A stretch of 32,000 nucleotides of DNA from Candidatus Heimdallarchaeota archaeon (GCA_030614005.1 JAUWKS010000030.1:6563-38562); one strand, 5' to 3'. Counted from the stretch's first letter, positions 16,065 to 25,715 are shown. Numbers and translations: made by a program. Notes: a model not told the origin generated them from the sequence alone.

Positions 16065-17135
16065 ATGTCAAAAGAAAATAGAAAGAAAGAATTAGAAAAA
16101 GAAATCGAAAAACTACAGAGAAAGCTCGGTAGTTTAGATGATGGAAAACAATATGACAACGATGACGAGTTTGATGAAGAAAGAAAGGCTCGTCGTAGAA
16201 AAAGACGCTTGCCCTTACCTCCTATGCCTACACCAGTAGTTATTCCAATTGTAAACAGAAAAGGTAGAAGAGTTGTAAAAGTTAGTGATATCAGTGCTAA
16301 AGAAAAAGAACAATTGCGCAAAGAAGCAGAACAAATAAGACAAGAAAAGCTTCGTTTGAGAGAAGAAACAAAAAGAATGAAAGATTCTCTGAATGCAAAG
16401 AAACGTGAATTTACTGATTTTCGCAGAGAATTAAGAGAACGAGAAAATGAAATTAGAGAAAGAGAACGAGATTTACGAAATAAGCGTGATCATAGCCATA
16501 GCTATTCTTGGGACTCAGATATCGATGAAGATATGGAGACCTTAACTGATGATCTTGAGCTCCAGCTTGGAGATTATACACGTTCAATTCTAGCATCAGT
16601 TGCTCAAAGCTTGAAATCATCAATGGGTGTAGTTGTGAAAGGAGCTGGTGATGTTGGAGTTGAAATGAAGAATGTTGGAGTCGAGCTTGATAAAATTGGC
16701 AAAGAAATTGGTGAAAAGATCTCCAGAGATGTTTATGTGAGTGTTGGAGGAAACATTCCTGAAGATAAGCTTGAAGAATTTTATGAAATTGGGGCAACAA
16801 TCGTAGCTGCGATTGGTGACTCAAATCGTTTGAGAATTCTCAAGGAATTAGAACGCGGGCCAAAGTACCAAAAGGAGCTTAGCGATATTACAAGCCTCCG
16901 TGGTGGCACCTTCAAGCATCACATGGATCGTCTTCTAGATAGAGAAGTAAAATTTGTTACTCAAGAAGTTGTTCGAGGAAGATACTTGATAACTACTCGA
17001 GGTCGAGAAGCTTTGAAACTTGCAGAAATGCAATTTAGGCGTTACCTTCAAGTGAAAGAGCGCGATGATATGTCAGGTTCCCTTAATAAAGACAAACTTG
17101 ACCCCGACGAAGAATTCGATGTGGATATTAAATAA
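16065..17135 (+). CDS. ArsR-type winged-helix regulator with long N-terminal coiled coil
   Basis: C-terminal AIGDSNRLRILKELERGPKYQKELS...TFKHHMDRL...RYLITTRGR; E/K/R-rich helical N-terminal half; AAGGTGA SD before ATG 16065. Confidence 0.85.
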   Translation: MSKENRKKELEKEIEKLQRKLGSLDDGKQYDNDDEFDEERKARRRKRRLPLPPMPTPVVIPIVNRKGRRVVKVSDISAKEKEQLRKEAEQIRQEKLRLREETKRMKDSLNAKKREFTDFRRELRERENEIRERERDLRNKRDHSHSYSWDSDIDEDMETLTDDLELQLGDYTRSILASVAQSLKSSMGVVVKGAGDVGVEMKNVGVELDKIGKEIGEKISRDVYVSVGGNIPEDKLEEFYEIGATIVAAIGDSNRLRILKELERGPKYQKELSDITSLRGGTFKHHMDRLLDREVKFVTQEVVRGRYLITTRGREALKLAEMQFRRYLQVKERDDMSGSLNKDKLDPDEEFDVDIK

Positions 17136-17153
17136 TCTGGAGTGTGCAATGTA

Positions 17154-17870
17154 ATGAAGTTGGAGTTAGTTAACGAACCCTTACGAACAACTCAAAGAGC
17201 GATTATTGCTGATCTTGAAGACACAATGATCACTATCGGCAAGAGAGGACATATTTTTCCAGTAATTAATACACGAACGTATGAAAATATTGGCTATTAT
17301 CTCATAGGAGATATTTACCTTGGTTCTGATACTATTATTAATACTAATAAAGGCGCTATTGGAAGTTCCATTGAAAAGCTTGCTCGAGAAGCTTTCATTA
17401 AGTGTGACACAATTGATTTCTCCAATACTAAAGCAGATAACCTATCTGATAAAGATTTTAGAAAAGTTGAAATCAAAGCATATCGTCATTTTGAAAAAAT
17501 CTACAAAAGGCATTTCAATGGAAAAGGCAACCTTATAATTAACAGCAAACGGTTTGATAATTATAACAAGTTAGAGGATGTGGAATTCTACACCTATTTA
17601 TTCGATCCGGAAGAATTCATCTTGATCAAAGATAATCAAACAATTATCGCAATCTCTAGTTTAGAGAATGAGGTTATTATCTGTGATAAAAAGAAGAATT
17701 CGTATATTGAAGTATCAAAGGATACAGGTGTTCAAATTCATAATAATGATGGTCAAGTTGTCAATGTCGGTTCAACTGGCGGGATTATTATTAACGGAAA
17801 AAATCTCAAAGAAGTAATCTCTGGAGCATTAAAGCCTCTTTCCAATATGTTTGATAAAAACAATTATTAG
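17154..17870 (+). CDS. Uncharacterised beta-rich protein, co-operonic with the ArsR-type gene
   Basis: Long ORF 18 nt after the upstream stop; GGAG SD before ATG 17154 (ORF track GTG 17142). Confidence 0.8.
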   Translation: MKLELVNEPLRTTQRAIIADLEDTMITIGKRGHIFPVINTRTYENIGYYLIGDIYLGSDTIINTNKGAIGSSIEKLAREAFIKCDTIDFSNTKADNLSDKDFRKVEIKAYRHFEKIYKRHFNGKGNLIINSKRFDNYNKLEDVEFYTYLFDPEEFILIKDNQTIIAISSLENEVIICDKKKNSYIEVSKDTGVQIHNNDGQVVNVGSTGGIIINGKNLKEVISGALKPLSNMFDKNNY

Positions 17871-17898
17871 AAAAAGGCAAGATAAGCAAGCCTTTTTC
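17870..17898. terminator. Hairpin between convergent genes, possibly bidirectional terminator
   Basis: GAAAAAGGC-N11-GCCTTTTTC followed by T tracts. Confidence 0.55.
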
Positions 17899-17917
17899 AT
17901 CTGTTTTTTTATTTTTT

Positions 17918-18655
17918 TTACTTAATAGGAGATGTTGCTGCTTTCGTTTCTTTTGCAGCCTTTTTTAATGTAGTAATTTGTCTTTTCATTTTCTTAATTT
18001 CTTTGTCATTTTTAGTTACTTGTTCCACCAGTTTAGTTATTTCATTAGTAAGTGCTGAAACTTTATCGTCTATTGTAATATAGCTCGCAGTTGATCTAAT
18101 TTCTGTTTTAGGTTGAGCAACAACTGGTTCCTTAGTAGTAACAGCAGGCGCTGGAGAAGGTTCAATCATTTTCTCTTTTTGAGGCAACGGTTTTGGTGTT
18201 TTAAGCTGAATTTTACCTATATTTTCTGAAGTTGCATCAAATTTAGATTTCTCTAGAGGGTGATGTTCAATTACTGACTTTTGAACAGCTCGTCCATCTG
18301 AATGAGCAATCAAATTTCGAACATTTATCGATGTGGGAACTAATTTTTTTTCTTCAGCAGCTATCGTTTCCTTTACTTCTAATTGGTCTTCTTGAGGGAT
18401 TTTTTCGAGAAGAATATTCACAACTCTATCAACCACAACTGGTGAGATATAAACTTCTTCAGTATCAAGCATGGATCTCAATCCAATTTCAATTTCTTGA
18501 GGTAATTCGTGGAGTGGAGTTCCTCTTAAAATATTCAATTTCTTGGATTGAATTGCTTGTCTTCCACGTATTAGAAATATAGCGTAATATTTCCCTTCTA
18601 CCCCAAATTGCAATGAATATGTTGTACCAGGAATTTTTGTTATGGTTTCATTCAA
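17918..18655 (-). CDS. Uncharacterised protein: globular N-domain, Pro/Thr-rich linker, C-terminal coiled coil
   Basis: 245-aa ORF; GGAAGGA SD before TTG; heptad pattern VSALTNEITKLVEQVTKNDKEIKKMKRQITTLKK. Confidence 0.8.
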   Translation of the reverse strand: MNETITKIPGTTYSLQFGVEGKYYAIFLIRGRQAIQSKKLNILRGTPLHELPQEIEIGLRSMLDTEEVYISPVVVDRVVNILLEKIPQEDQLEVKETIAAEEKKLVPTSINVRNLIAHSDGRAVQKSVIEHHPLEKSKFDATSENIGKIQLKTPKPLPQKEKMIEPSPAPAVTTKEPVVAQPKTEIRSTASYITIDDKVSALTNEITKLVEQVTKNDKEIKKMKRQITTLKKAAKETKAATSPIK

Positions 18656-18822
18656 AGTAATCCTTCCTCTAGTTGTTATATATAGGAATTTCTTGTATAA
18701 ATCCCTTCTCTTATTGACATGAGAGTTTTTTGTCTTTTTTCCTTAGAAAATTTGATTAGTAAGAGGCAGAATAGATATGAAAGTTACTACATCTTAGGTA
18801 ATGTATCTATTTGGTGAAAAAA

Positions 18823-19623
18823 ATGACAGAAGAGAAAAGTCAACAGAATGATATTTTTAACATAATTAATGACAGACGGTCAATTAGAAAATTTCTTGAT
18901 AAGGATATACCTGATGAAGTTCTTGAAAAAATATTACAAGCGGGTTTTAGAGCGCCCTTTGCTTATCAAATTACGAGTATAGTTTATACCTTAGATAAAG
19001 AAAAAATGAAAAAATTGAAAAGAATGGGTGTTTATCCTTCCACTAAACTTTTTATGGTGTTCTTTTTTGATTTTAATCGAATGGAAAAAATCGTTCAAGC
19101 TAGAAAGTACGAATATAATTTTGATGATAGCTTACTTTTGTGGATAGGGATACAAGATGTTTCACTTGTGGCTGAAAATATCATCCTAGCAGCTGATGCT
19201 TTAGGTTTAGGGTCAGTTCTACTAGGTGGTGCACCATTGATGGTTGATCAAATATCAGAAGTATTTGATGTTCCAACCAAAGTTTTTCCCGTTGTTGGTT
19301 TATGCTTAGGTTACCCAGACCCAGAACACCGGATGGATATTCGACCACGTTTTCCATTAAAACATACAGCTTTTGAGGACAAATACAAAGAACTATCTGA
19401 AAAAGATTTGAAAGAATGTATGCACTCAATGGATGATGGATATATTACTCAGGGTTATTACATAAAACAAAACGCAAAAATTCCTTTAACAAAAGGAGAT
19501 GATAAAATAGATATGAGTCAATATTCTTGGTGTGAGCATATCAGTAGAAAAATTTCCCAAGGGAAGTGGTCTGATAAATCTCTAATTCAACTGCTAAGAG
19601 AGCAAGGATTCAAATTAGATTGA
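18823..19623 (+). CDS. Nitroreductase family (NfsA/NfrA-like) flavoprotein
   Basis: RRSIRKF, AENIILAADALGLGSVLLG, GLCLGYP, RPRFP; GGTGA SD before ATG 18823. Confidence 0.93.
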   Translation: MTEEKSQQNDIFNIINDRRSIRKFLDKDIPDEVLEKILQAGFRAPFAYQITSIVYTLDKEKMKKLKRMGVYPSTKLFMVFFFDFNRMEKIVQARKYEYNFDDSLLLWIGIQDVSLVAENIILAADALGLGSVLLGGAPLMVDQISEVFDVPTKVFPVVGLCLGYPDPEHRMDIRPRFPLKHTAFEDKYKELSEKDLKECMHSMDDGYITQGYYIKQNAKIPLTKGDDKIDMSQYSWCEHISRKISQGKWSDKSLIQLLREQGFKLD

Positions 19624-20247
19624 ATCCAGACTCATTTTTCCAAATAGACAGTCTTTTCTTAAAAAACAGCTGCCACATAATGGGTTATTTTTCCTACAAA
19701 AAGTTCTAGCGTGAATTACAAATAAAGCGTGAAATTCATTATATCTACCAACATTTTTTCCAACTTTTTCCTCGAAAAATTCTTTCCATTTACTGTTAGT
19801 TTGAAAAGAACCAAAACCTATTCGTTCACTAATTCGAATGGTATAGGCATCAATAACAAATTCAGGTGTATTTAACAAATAAAGCAAGATTGAATCTGCT
19901 GTTTCAGCACCAACGCCTTTTACAGCTAACAATTCTTTTCGAGAAGGATTTGAATTTTCAGCCCATAATGCACTCAAATTTTTTAGATATTTAGATTTTT
20001 GATTGAAAAACCCGGAGGGTTTTATTTGCTTCTTCAAAAAATCGTCCTTACATTGTAGAATTGCTTGAGGATTAAGAAGATCTGCTTTTCTCAAATTTTC
20101 CAATGCCTTTTCTACATTGCTCCAAGAAGTATTTTGTGTGAGCACTGCACCAATTGCTATCTCAAAACCTTCTCCTGGCCACCAATCTTGAACACCATAG
20201 AAGCGATGCATTTTTTTGAATAAAGCATTCGGGTCCATAATAATCAA
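19615..20247 (-). CDS. HhH-GPD endonuclease III-related protein (COG2231-like) with 4Fe-4S motif
   Basis: GAVLTQNTSW, HhH LLAVKGVGAETADSILLY, VIDAY, C-x6-C-x2-C-x5-C; likely start is ATG 20238. Confidence 0.9.
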   Translation of the reverse strand: MIIMDPNALFKKMHRFYGVQDWWPGEGFEIAIGAVLTQNTSWSNVEKALENLRKADLLNPQAILQCKDDFLKKQIKPSGFFNQKSKYLKNLSALWAENSNPSRKELLAVKGVGAETADSILLYLLNTPEFVIDAYTIRISERIGFGSFQTNSKWKEFFEEKVGKNVGRYNEFHALFVIHARTFCRKNNPLCGSCFLRKDCLFGKMSLDSI

Positions 20248-20341
20248 TTAAACGTTATAGTAAAATATCTTTAGGAAGAAATTAACAAAACTTTAATCAA
20301 CAGTTTTACCCTTCTATTAAAGAGCAGAAGGCGAGAAAATA

Positions 20342-21019
20342 ATGGGTACAAAAATAACTATTGTTTATGATGATCAAGCTTCTGAAGGATTTATCACAGG
20401 CTGGGGGTTCTCAGCGGTGATAGAAAAAGATGATGATATATTATTATTTGACGCTGGTTGGGATGGAACGGCACTATTAAAAAATCTAGAAACAGCGAAT
20501 TTTGACCCTAAGAAATTTAGCCATATTGTAATCTCCCACAAACACTGGGATCACATTGGAGGTTTGAACACAATTCTATATCAAACAAATAATCCAACAG
20601 TTTATGTCCCTTCATCTATCTCTTCTCGATTAAAAGCAGAAATAACCAAATTTGCTGATTTAAGAGAGGTTGTTGATGTTAAAGCAGAAGTTACATCAGA
20701 AATTTGGACCACACCACAAATGAAAACGGATATTGACGACCTTCAAGAACTCTCCTTATTAATTCAAACAAAAAAAGGAATAGTTATCATTTGTGGATGT
20801 TCACATCCAGGATTAGATAAAATAATTGCAGTTGCTACCAAATTTGGCAAAGTTCATGCAGTAATTGGTGGGTTTCATGGCTTTGATAAACTTGATTATC
20901 TCGAGAATATAGAAGTAATTATTCCTTGTCATTGTACTAAAAAGAAAAGAGAAATTTTAGAAAAATACCCCAATAAAAGCGTAAAATGTTATTCAGGGTT
21001 AGAAGTAACCTTTGAGTGA
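20342..21019 (+). CDS. MBL-fold metallohydrolase (COG1237-like)
   Basis: WGFSAVIE, LLFDAG, ISHKHWDHIGG, GCSHPG, GGFH, PCHCT. Confidence 0.92.
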   Translation: MGTKITIVYDDQASEGFITGWGFSAVIEKDDDILLFDAGWDGTALLKNLETANFDPKKFSHIVISHKHWDHIGGLNTILYQTNNPTVYVPSSISSRLKAEITKFADLREVVDVKAEVTSEIWTTPQMKTDIDDLQELSLLIQTKKGIVIICGCSHPGLDKIIAVATKFGKVHAVIGGFHGFDKLDYLENIEVIIPCHCTKKKREILEKYPNKSVKCYSGLEVTFE

Positions 21020-21115
21020 AACTATTACTGTTTTTTTTACAGAAAAAATTAATTAGATTAGTCCTATAATAGTAATCACAAGTATCTTTTCTTTTATAAT
21101 TTTGGAGACGGAAGA

Positions 21116-21523
21116 ATGAAATCAACAGAAATAGTTAGAATAAACGAAAAAGGCGAATTGACTATTCCTGAAGAGATTCGTGATAGTGTTGGAATAGTTG
21201 AGGGTATGCATGTTATGATGAAAACGGATTTGGAAAGAAGAGAAATCCGAATCATTCCATTTACTACTGCAGAAGTTGATTTAGTTGAATTTACAATAAC
21301 TTTGGCCGATGTCCCAGGGGCATTAGGTAAATGCGCTACATTTCTTGGAGAACATAAAATTAACATGATGGCAAGTGAATCAAAGATCCTTCAAAGTGGT
21401 GAAATTGCTGAATGGATTATCGTTGCAGATATTTCTAAATGTAAAGAAAATATTAGAGATTTATGCAAAAGGATTGTTGATGAAGGATACGCAAAAAATT
21501 CTGTTTGTCGTAGTTTTCAATAA
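21116..21523 (+). CDS. AbrB/SpoVT-like DNA-binding domain fused to an ACT domain
   Basis: RINEKGELTIPEEIRDSVGI (AbrB-like); LADVPGALGKCATFLGEHKINM (ACT). Confidence 0.85.
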   Translation: MKSTEIVRINEKGELTIPEEIRDSVGIVEGMHVMMKTDLERREIRIIPFTTAEVDLVEFTITLADVPGALGKCATFLGEHKINMMASESKILQSGEIAEWIIVADISKCKENIRDLCKRIVDEGYAKNSVCRSFQ

Positions 21524-21537
21524 TTAATCCTATTTTT

Positions 21538-21927
21538 TCATTTTTTTTCAAATTCAGTTTCAGATTCTTCAACAAAATTTGTTATCGGTTCCGCAATAAC
21601 AAGAGGTTCATTTATTATTCTCTTAGCAGAAATTACTAAAATTGATCCAAGACTAATACCAAATCCTGCAAGTATGTATCCTATTATCTGCTCAATTAGC
21701 ATGGCTAATTCATCTGGTTGTCCGGGATGATAAAAATAGGTTACAATTACCAATGGAAGAATAATGGAGCTCAACACTATAAGCAAAATACCAAACAATC
21801 GATAAAAAGTGACAGTAATTTTACGTTCTCTCTTGAGAACTTGTAATTGTTCTGAAGTTATCTCTAGGTCATCTACGTCTTCTTGATTTATACTTTCAAT
21901 GGACAGATGATTGCTTTCTTCCAACAT
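21538..21927 (-). CDS. Small two-TM membrane protein, unknown function
   Basis: Two hydrophobic segments with acidic flanks; AGGTG SD. Confidence 0.75.
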   Translation of the reverse strand: MLEESNHLSIESINQEDVDDLEITSEQLQVLKRERKITVTFYRLFGILLIVLSSIILPLVIVTYFYHPGQPDELAMLIEQIIGYILAGFGISLGSILVISAKRIINEPLVIAEPITNFVEESETEFEKK

Positions 21928-22114
21928 TTAGCACCTATGGTATTCTATCTTGTATTTTCATTGATTATGTCTTAAGAGTCTCATATATCTCTTTTGACAA
22001 TTTGCTATTTTCTGTTAAAGAATACATCGGCGTATTTCCACATTGCACCTTTAAGAGAAAAGGTTTATTTCAACTTATAGCTCTCTTATTGTAGAAATGT
22101 TATGAGGATGTAAA

Positions 22115-23575
22115 ATGTCGGATAAAATTTTAGTTGACTTAGAACCGAAACTTATTTGGGAAATATTCGAAGAAATAACCACCATTCCAAGACCTTCTAA
22201 AAAAGAAGGAAAAATTCGTTCTTGGCTTAAGAAATGGGCTAAACAAAACAATGTCACAATTAAAAATGAAGATAAAGTTGGAAATCTTCTTCTTAGAGTG
22301 GAAGCTTCTGAAGGTTGTGAGAAATTTCCTACACTAGTTATGCAAGCTCATATGGATATGGTTTGCCAAAAGAATGCTGGTGTAGAAATAGATTTTGAGA
22401 ATGATCCTTTAGCTATTGTTGTTAAAGACGATATAGTATTAGCGAATGGTACATCCCTTGGAGCTGATAATGGAATTGGTATGGCATATGGATTGGCAGC
22501 ATTAATTGACAAGGAATTAAAACATGGACCCTTAGAGGTGCTTTTCACAGTTGACGAAGAAACGGGGTTAACCGGTGCTTTTGCTCTCAAACCAGGTTTC
22601 TTTTCAGGAAAGTATCTACTGAATGTTGATAGTGAAGATTTAGGTACAATAACTATAAGCAGTGCAGGTGGAGGAGGAACTGACTTTATTCTTCCTGTTG
22701 AATATAAAGAACTTGAAAATATGCAAGCTATTGAAATCTTTGTTTCAGGTCTACAAGGTGGTCATTCAGGTATTGATATTGATCTTCCGCGTTTAAATGC
22801 AATAAAAGTTGGGATAGATGGATTGCTAGCACTGCAAGATGAGAGTATTCAAATAAAAAACATAAATGCCGGAACAGTGCATAATGCAATTCCAAGAAAT
22901 TTTACCGCCGAAATTGTTTTTCCAAAAGAAAATAAGAAAAACAACAAGAATAAACTTAATGACTGGAAAAAGAAAACACTGACAATCGGAAGAGAAGCTG
23001 AATCAAAGCTAAAAATTGACTTCAAAGATAGTTCAGCATCTAAAGCAATTTCTAAAGAGAAAACAAAGGCTATTCTTGATCTATTAGATGGAATATTTCA
23101 TGGACCAATTTCTTTTAGTAAAGAAATAAGTGGTTTGGTTCAAACATCCAACAATTTAGCAACAGTGAAGCTAACTGAAAAGGAGATAGAAGTACATGTT
23201 AGTACTAGAAGCTCTGTAAATGAAGAGCTTGATGTAACCCGAGAAAAGTTAAAAAAATTAGGCGAAGAGATAGGCTTTACTGTAAAATTGGATGAAGCAT
23301 ATCCGGGTTGGAAACCAGACATTCAGTCACCTTTTCTAAAGCTAGTTAAAGAGAAATACGATGAAGTAACTCAAACTCCAACTAAATTGGTAGCAATTCA
23401 TGCTGGATTGGAGTGTGGTCTTTTTCTTGTGCTAGATTCCAATTTACAAGTAGCATCTATAGGACCAAATATTAAGAATGCCCATAGTCCTGATGAGTAT
23501 GTTGAAATTGCTAGCGTAGGAATAATATGGAATATAATCAAAAAAATAATTGAAAATATGGGTTCCTTAAGCTAA
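22115..23575 (+). CDS. pepD: Aminoacyl-histidine dipeptidase (peptidase M20C)
   Basis: QAHMDMVC, TSLGADNGIG, FTVDEETG, LNVDSED, GGHSGIDI, IHAGLECG, HSPDE. Confidence 0.95.
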   Translation: MSDKILVDLEPKLIWEIFEEITTIPRPSKKEGKIRSWLKKWAKQNNVTIKNEDKVGNLLLRVEASEGCEKFPTLVMQAHMDMVCQKNAGVEIDFENDPLAIVVKDDIVLANGTSLGADNGIGMAYGLAALIDKELKHGPLEVLFTVDEETGLTGAFALKPGFFSGKYLLNVDSEDLGTITISSAGGGGTDFILPVEYKELENMQAIEIFVSGLQGGHSGIDIDLPRLNAIKVGIDGLLALQDESIQIKNINAGTVHNAIPRNFTAEIVFPKENKKNNKNKLNDWKKKTLTIGREAESKLKIDFKDSSASKAISKEKTKAILDLLDGIFHGPISFSKEISGLVQTSNNLATVKLTEKEIEVHVSTRSSVNEELDVTREKLKKLGEEIGFTVKLDEAYPGWKPDIQSPFLKLVKEKYDEVTQTPTKLVAIHAGLECGLFLVLDSNLQVASIGPNIKNAHSPDEYVEIASVGIIWNIIKKIIENMGSLS

Positions 23576-23744
23576 GATTGCTGGACTTTTCAGCATCTTC
23601 TATTTTTTATTTTACGAAGAGATTTTTTTCAAAATAAGTCATTTTTTGCTGCTTTTTTACTAAAAAATTATAACTGCTTTTGATATAATAGTCAGTAATA
23701 CATAGTTAAGAATATAATAACTCCAACAACTGGAGGTTGTTGCT

Positions 23745-24656
23745 ATTAAGAAATTTAAGGGAATCTTTGCTTCCACACTTACTCCATTTAATAAAAATGA
23801 TGAGGTAAATTATCAGTTGTTAGAAAGACAAATTGATTATATTATAACCAAAGGTGTTCACGGGATAGTTGCAGCTGGAATAAATGGTGAATTTTCCAGC
23901 ATGGATTTAGTTGAAAGGAAAAAAGTTATTGAAGTATCTGTAAAAGCAGCTAAAAGTCGTGTGCCAGTAATAGCAGGAGCATATGCAACAAGTTGGAAGG
24001 AATCTCTTGAGCTGGTAAAATTCTCAGAAGAGAAAGGTGCAGCAGCAGCGATTATTACCACACCCTTTTTCTTCAGAAGACCAACAGAGGAGGGATTATA
24101 TCAATATTTTAGCAATATTTTATCTCAAACAAAGAAATTTCCAATTATATTATGCAATGTCCCTATTTATTCATTAATAGAAATGAACCATGGGTTAATT
24201 GAGAGCCTTCTTCTTAAACACAAAAATATTGTCGGAATTAAAGATTTAAGTGGGAAACCCGAAAGTATTACAGCCTATGCTGGAGTATTTGAAGATTTAT
24301 CAGTCCTCATTGGAAGTGACCGATTAGTTTTTCATGGTCTTAATGTTCAATGTGATGGAGCGGTTAGCGCTATCGCAAGCATTTTTCCTGATTTTGTTTT
24401 AAAAATTTATAATGTCTATAAAGAAGGAAATATTGACCAAGCATGGATAGAACAAGAGTCTTTAACAGGAATCCGATCTCTTCTGAAAAGATTTCCTTCA
24501 AGAGCAGCACAAAAATACATTTTTTCAAAAATTGCTGGAGAAGAATCTTACGTTCGTGCTCCATTAAGGAACCTTTCGCAAGAAGATAAAGAAAATTTAC
24601 AGTTTATTCTTGAAGAGCATGGGTTGCTTTCTATGAGTCAAACAGCAACAATGTAA
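23745..24656 (+). CDS. DHDPS/NAL-superfamily aldolase with divergent active site and probable ATT start
   Basis: KKFKGIFASTLTPF, GINGE, PVIAGA, IVGIKD (Schiff-base Lys), GSDR, DGAVSA. The conserved N-terminal strand lies upstream of the first canonical start (TTG 23817). Confidence 0.85.
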   Translation: MKKFKGIFASTLTPFNKNDEVNYQLLERQIDYIITKGVHGIVAAGINGEFSSMDLVERKKVIEVSVKAAKSRVPVIAGAYATSWKESLELVKFSEEKGAAAAIITTPFFFRRPTEEGLYQYFSNILSQTKKFPIILCNVPIYSLIEMNHGLIESLLLKHKNIVGIKDLSGKPESITAYAGVFEDLSVLIGSDRLVFHGLNVQCDGAVSAIASIFPDFVLKIYNVYKEGNIDQAWIEQESLTGIRSLLKRFPSRAAQKYIFSKIAGEESYVRAPLRNLSQEDKENLQFILEEHGLLSMSQTATM

Positions 24657-24783
24657 ACTCTTTTTTCTATTTAGTTCAATATTCGAGTAATAATCTTAAA
24701 CAAAATTATAAGTGAAAGTTTTTTATATCTCAATAACTGCAATTGTTTTAGCTTATATTAACAGAAAAAAAGAGATTATTAAA

Positions 24784-25650
24784 ATGTGTAGAAGAAAAAA
24801 AGAAGACCTTCGTTCTGAAGTAGAAAAAAAAGGTAAAATTACATATTATACAATGTCCGATGGGACAAAGGTAAGAGTACTTGTATTCGATTCAGCCAAA
24901 AATCCACATGAGTATTCGATATTTGTCATACCTGGGTTTCTCACAGTTTTTCAAGGTTGGGAAAAAGCTATGGCATCTCTTTCTAAAGAGTTCAAAGTTT
25001 ATTATTTTGAAACTCGAGAAAAATCTTCAAGTGTAATGTTAAATAGAAGAAAAGAAAGAAATGTTTCATTCCACAGAATGGCTTATGATCTTAAAGAAGT
25101 CATTGAACAGATGAAGTTAGATGATACAAAGTACATTACTTTGTGTAGTTCTTCTGGTGGTACAATAGAAATAGAAGCTCTGATGAATAAATGGATAAAT
25201 CCAAAAGGAGCGGTGATGGTTGGACCAACATTACAGTACAATCTTCATCGAATTGTACCAATTTTGATTTATATGGTTCCAAATTTCGTGAAGGAATTTT
25301 TTATGCCAATCTTTCGATTCTATATGGGAAGATTTCATGTTGACAAAAACAAATATCCGGAACAGTATAGGAAATATGTTCGTGCAGGCGAGGAGTCTAA
25401 CCTTCGTAAGATTCGTAGAGTTATATGGAAAATAGGAAATAAATGCAGCAATTGGGAAATGGTTCCAAAGGTTGAAACAAAAACACTGCTTATTGGTGCC
25501 ACAGAGGATAAAATGCACACAACAGAAATGACTCTACGTGTACATGAAATGCTTCCAAATTCTGAATATGTAGATTTAGGAACAAATAAAGCTGCACATG
25601 AACAACCATTGGTTGATATCATGAAGAAATTCATAAATGAGTTTGAATGA
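24784..25650 (+). CDS. Alpha/beta-hydrolase fold protein
   Basis: FVIPGF oxyanion-like motif, CSSSGG nucleophile elbow, LIGATEDKMH, AAH; ATG 24784 preferred over GTG 24712. Confidence 0.8.
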   Translation: MCRRKKEDLRSEVEKKGKITYYTMSDGTKVRVLVFDSAKNPHEYSIFVIPGFLTVFQGWEKAMASLSKEFKVYYFETREKSSSVMLNRRKERNVSFHRMAYDLKEVIEQMKLDDTKYITLCSSSGGTIEIEALMNKWINPKGAVMVGPTLQYNLHRIVPILIYMVPNFVKEFFMPIFRFYMGRFHVDKNKYPEQYRKYVRAGEESNLRKIRRVIWKIGNKCSNWEMVPKVETKTLLIGATEDKMHTTEMTLRVHEMLPNSEYVDLGTNKAAHEQPLVDIMKKFINEFE

Positions 25651-25715
25651 TCGGTGAAAAAAAATAGTAGAAAAGAAAGAGTGCCAATAGCAACTTTTTC
25701 TATTTCTTTCTTTAT

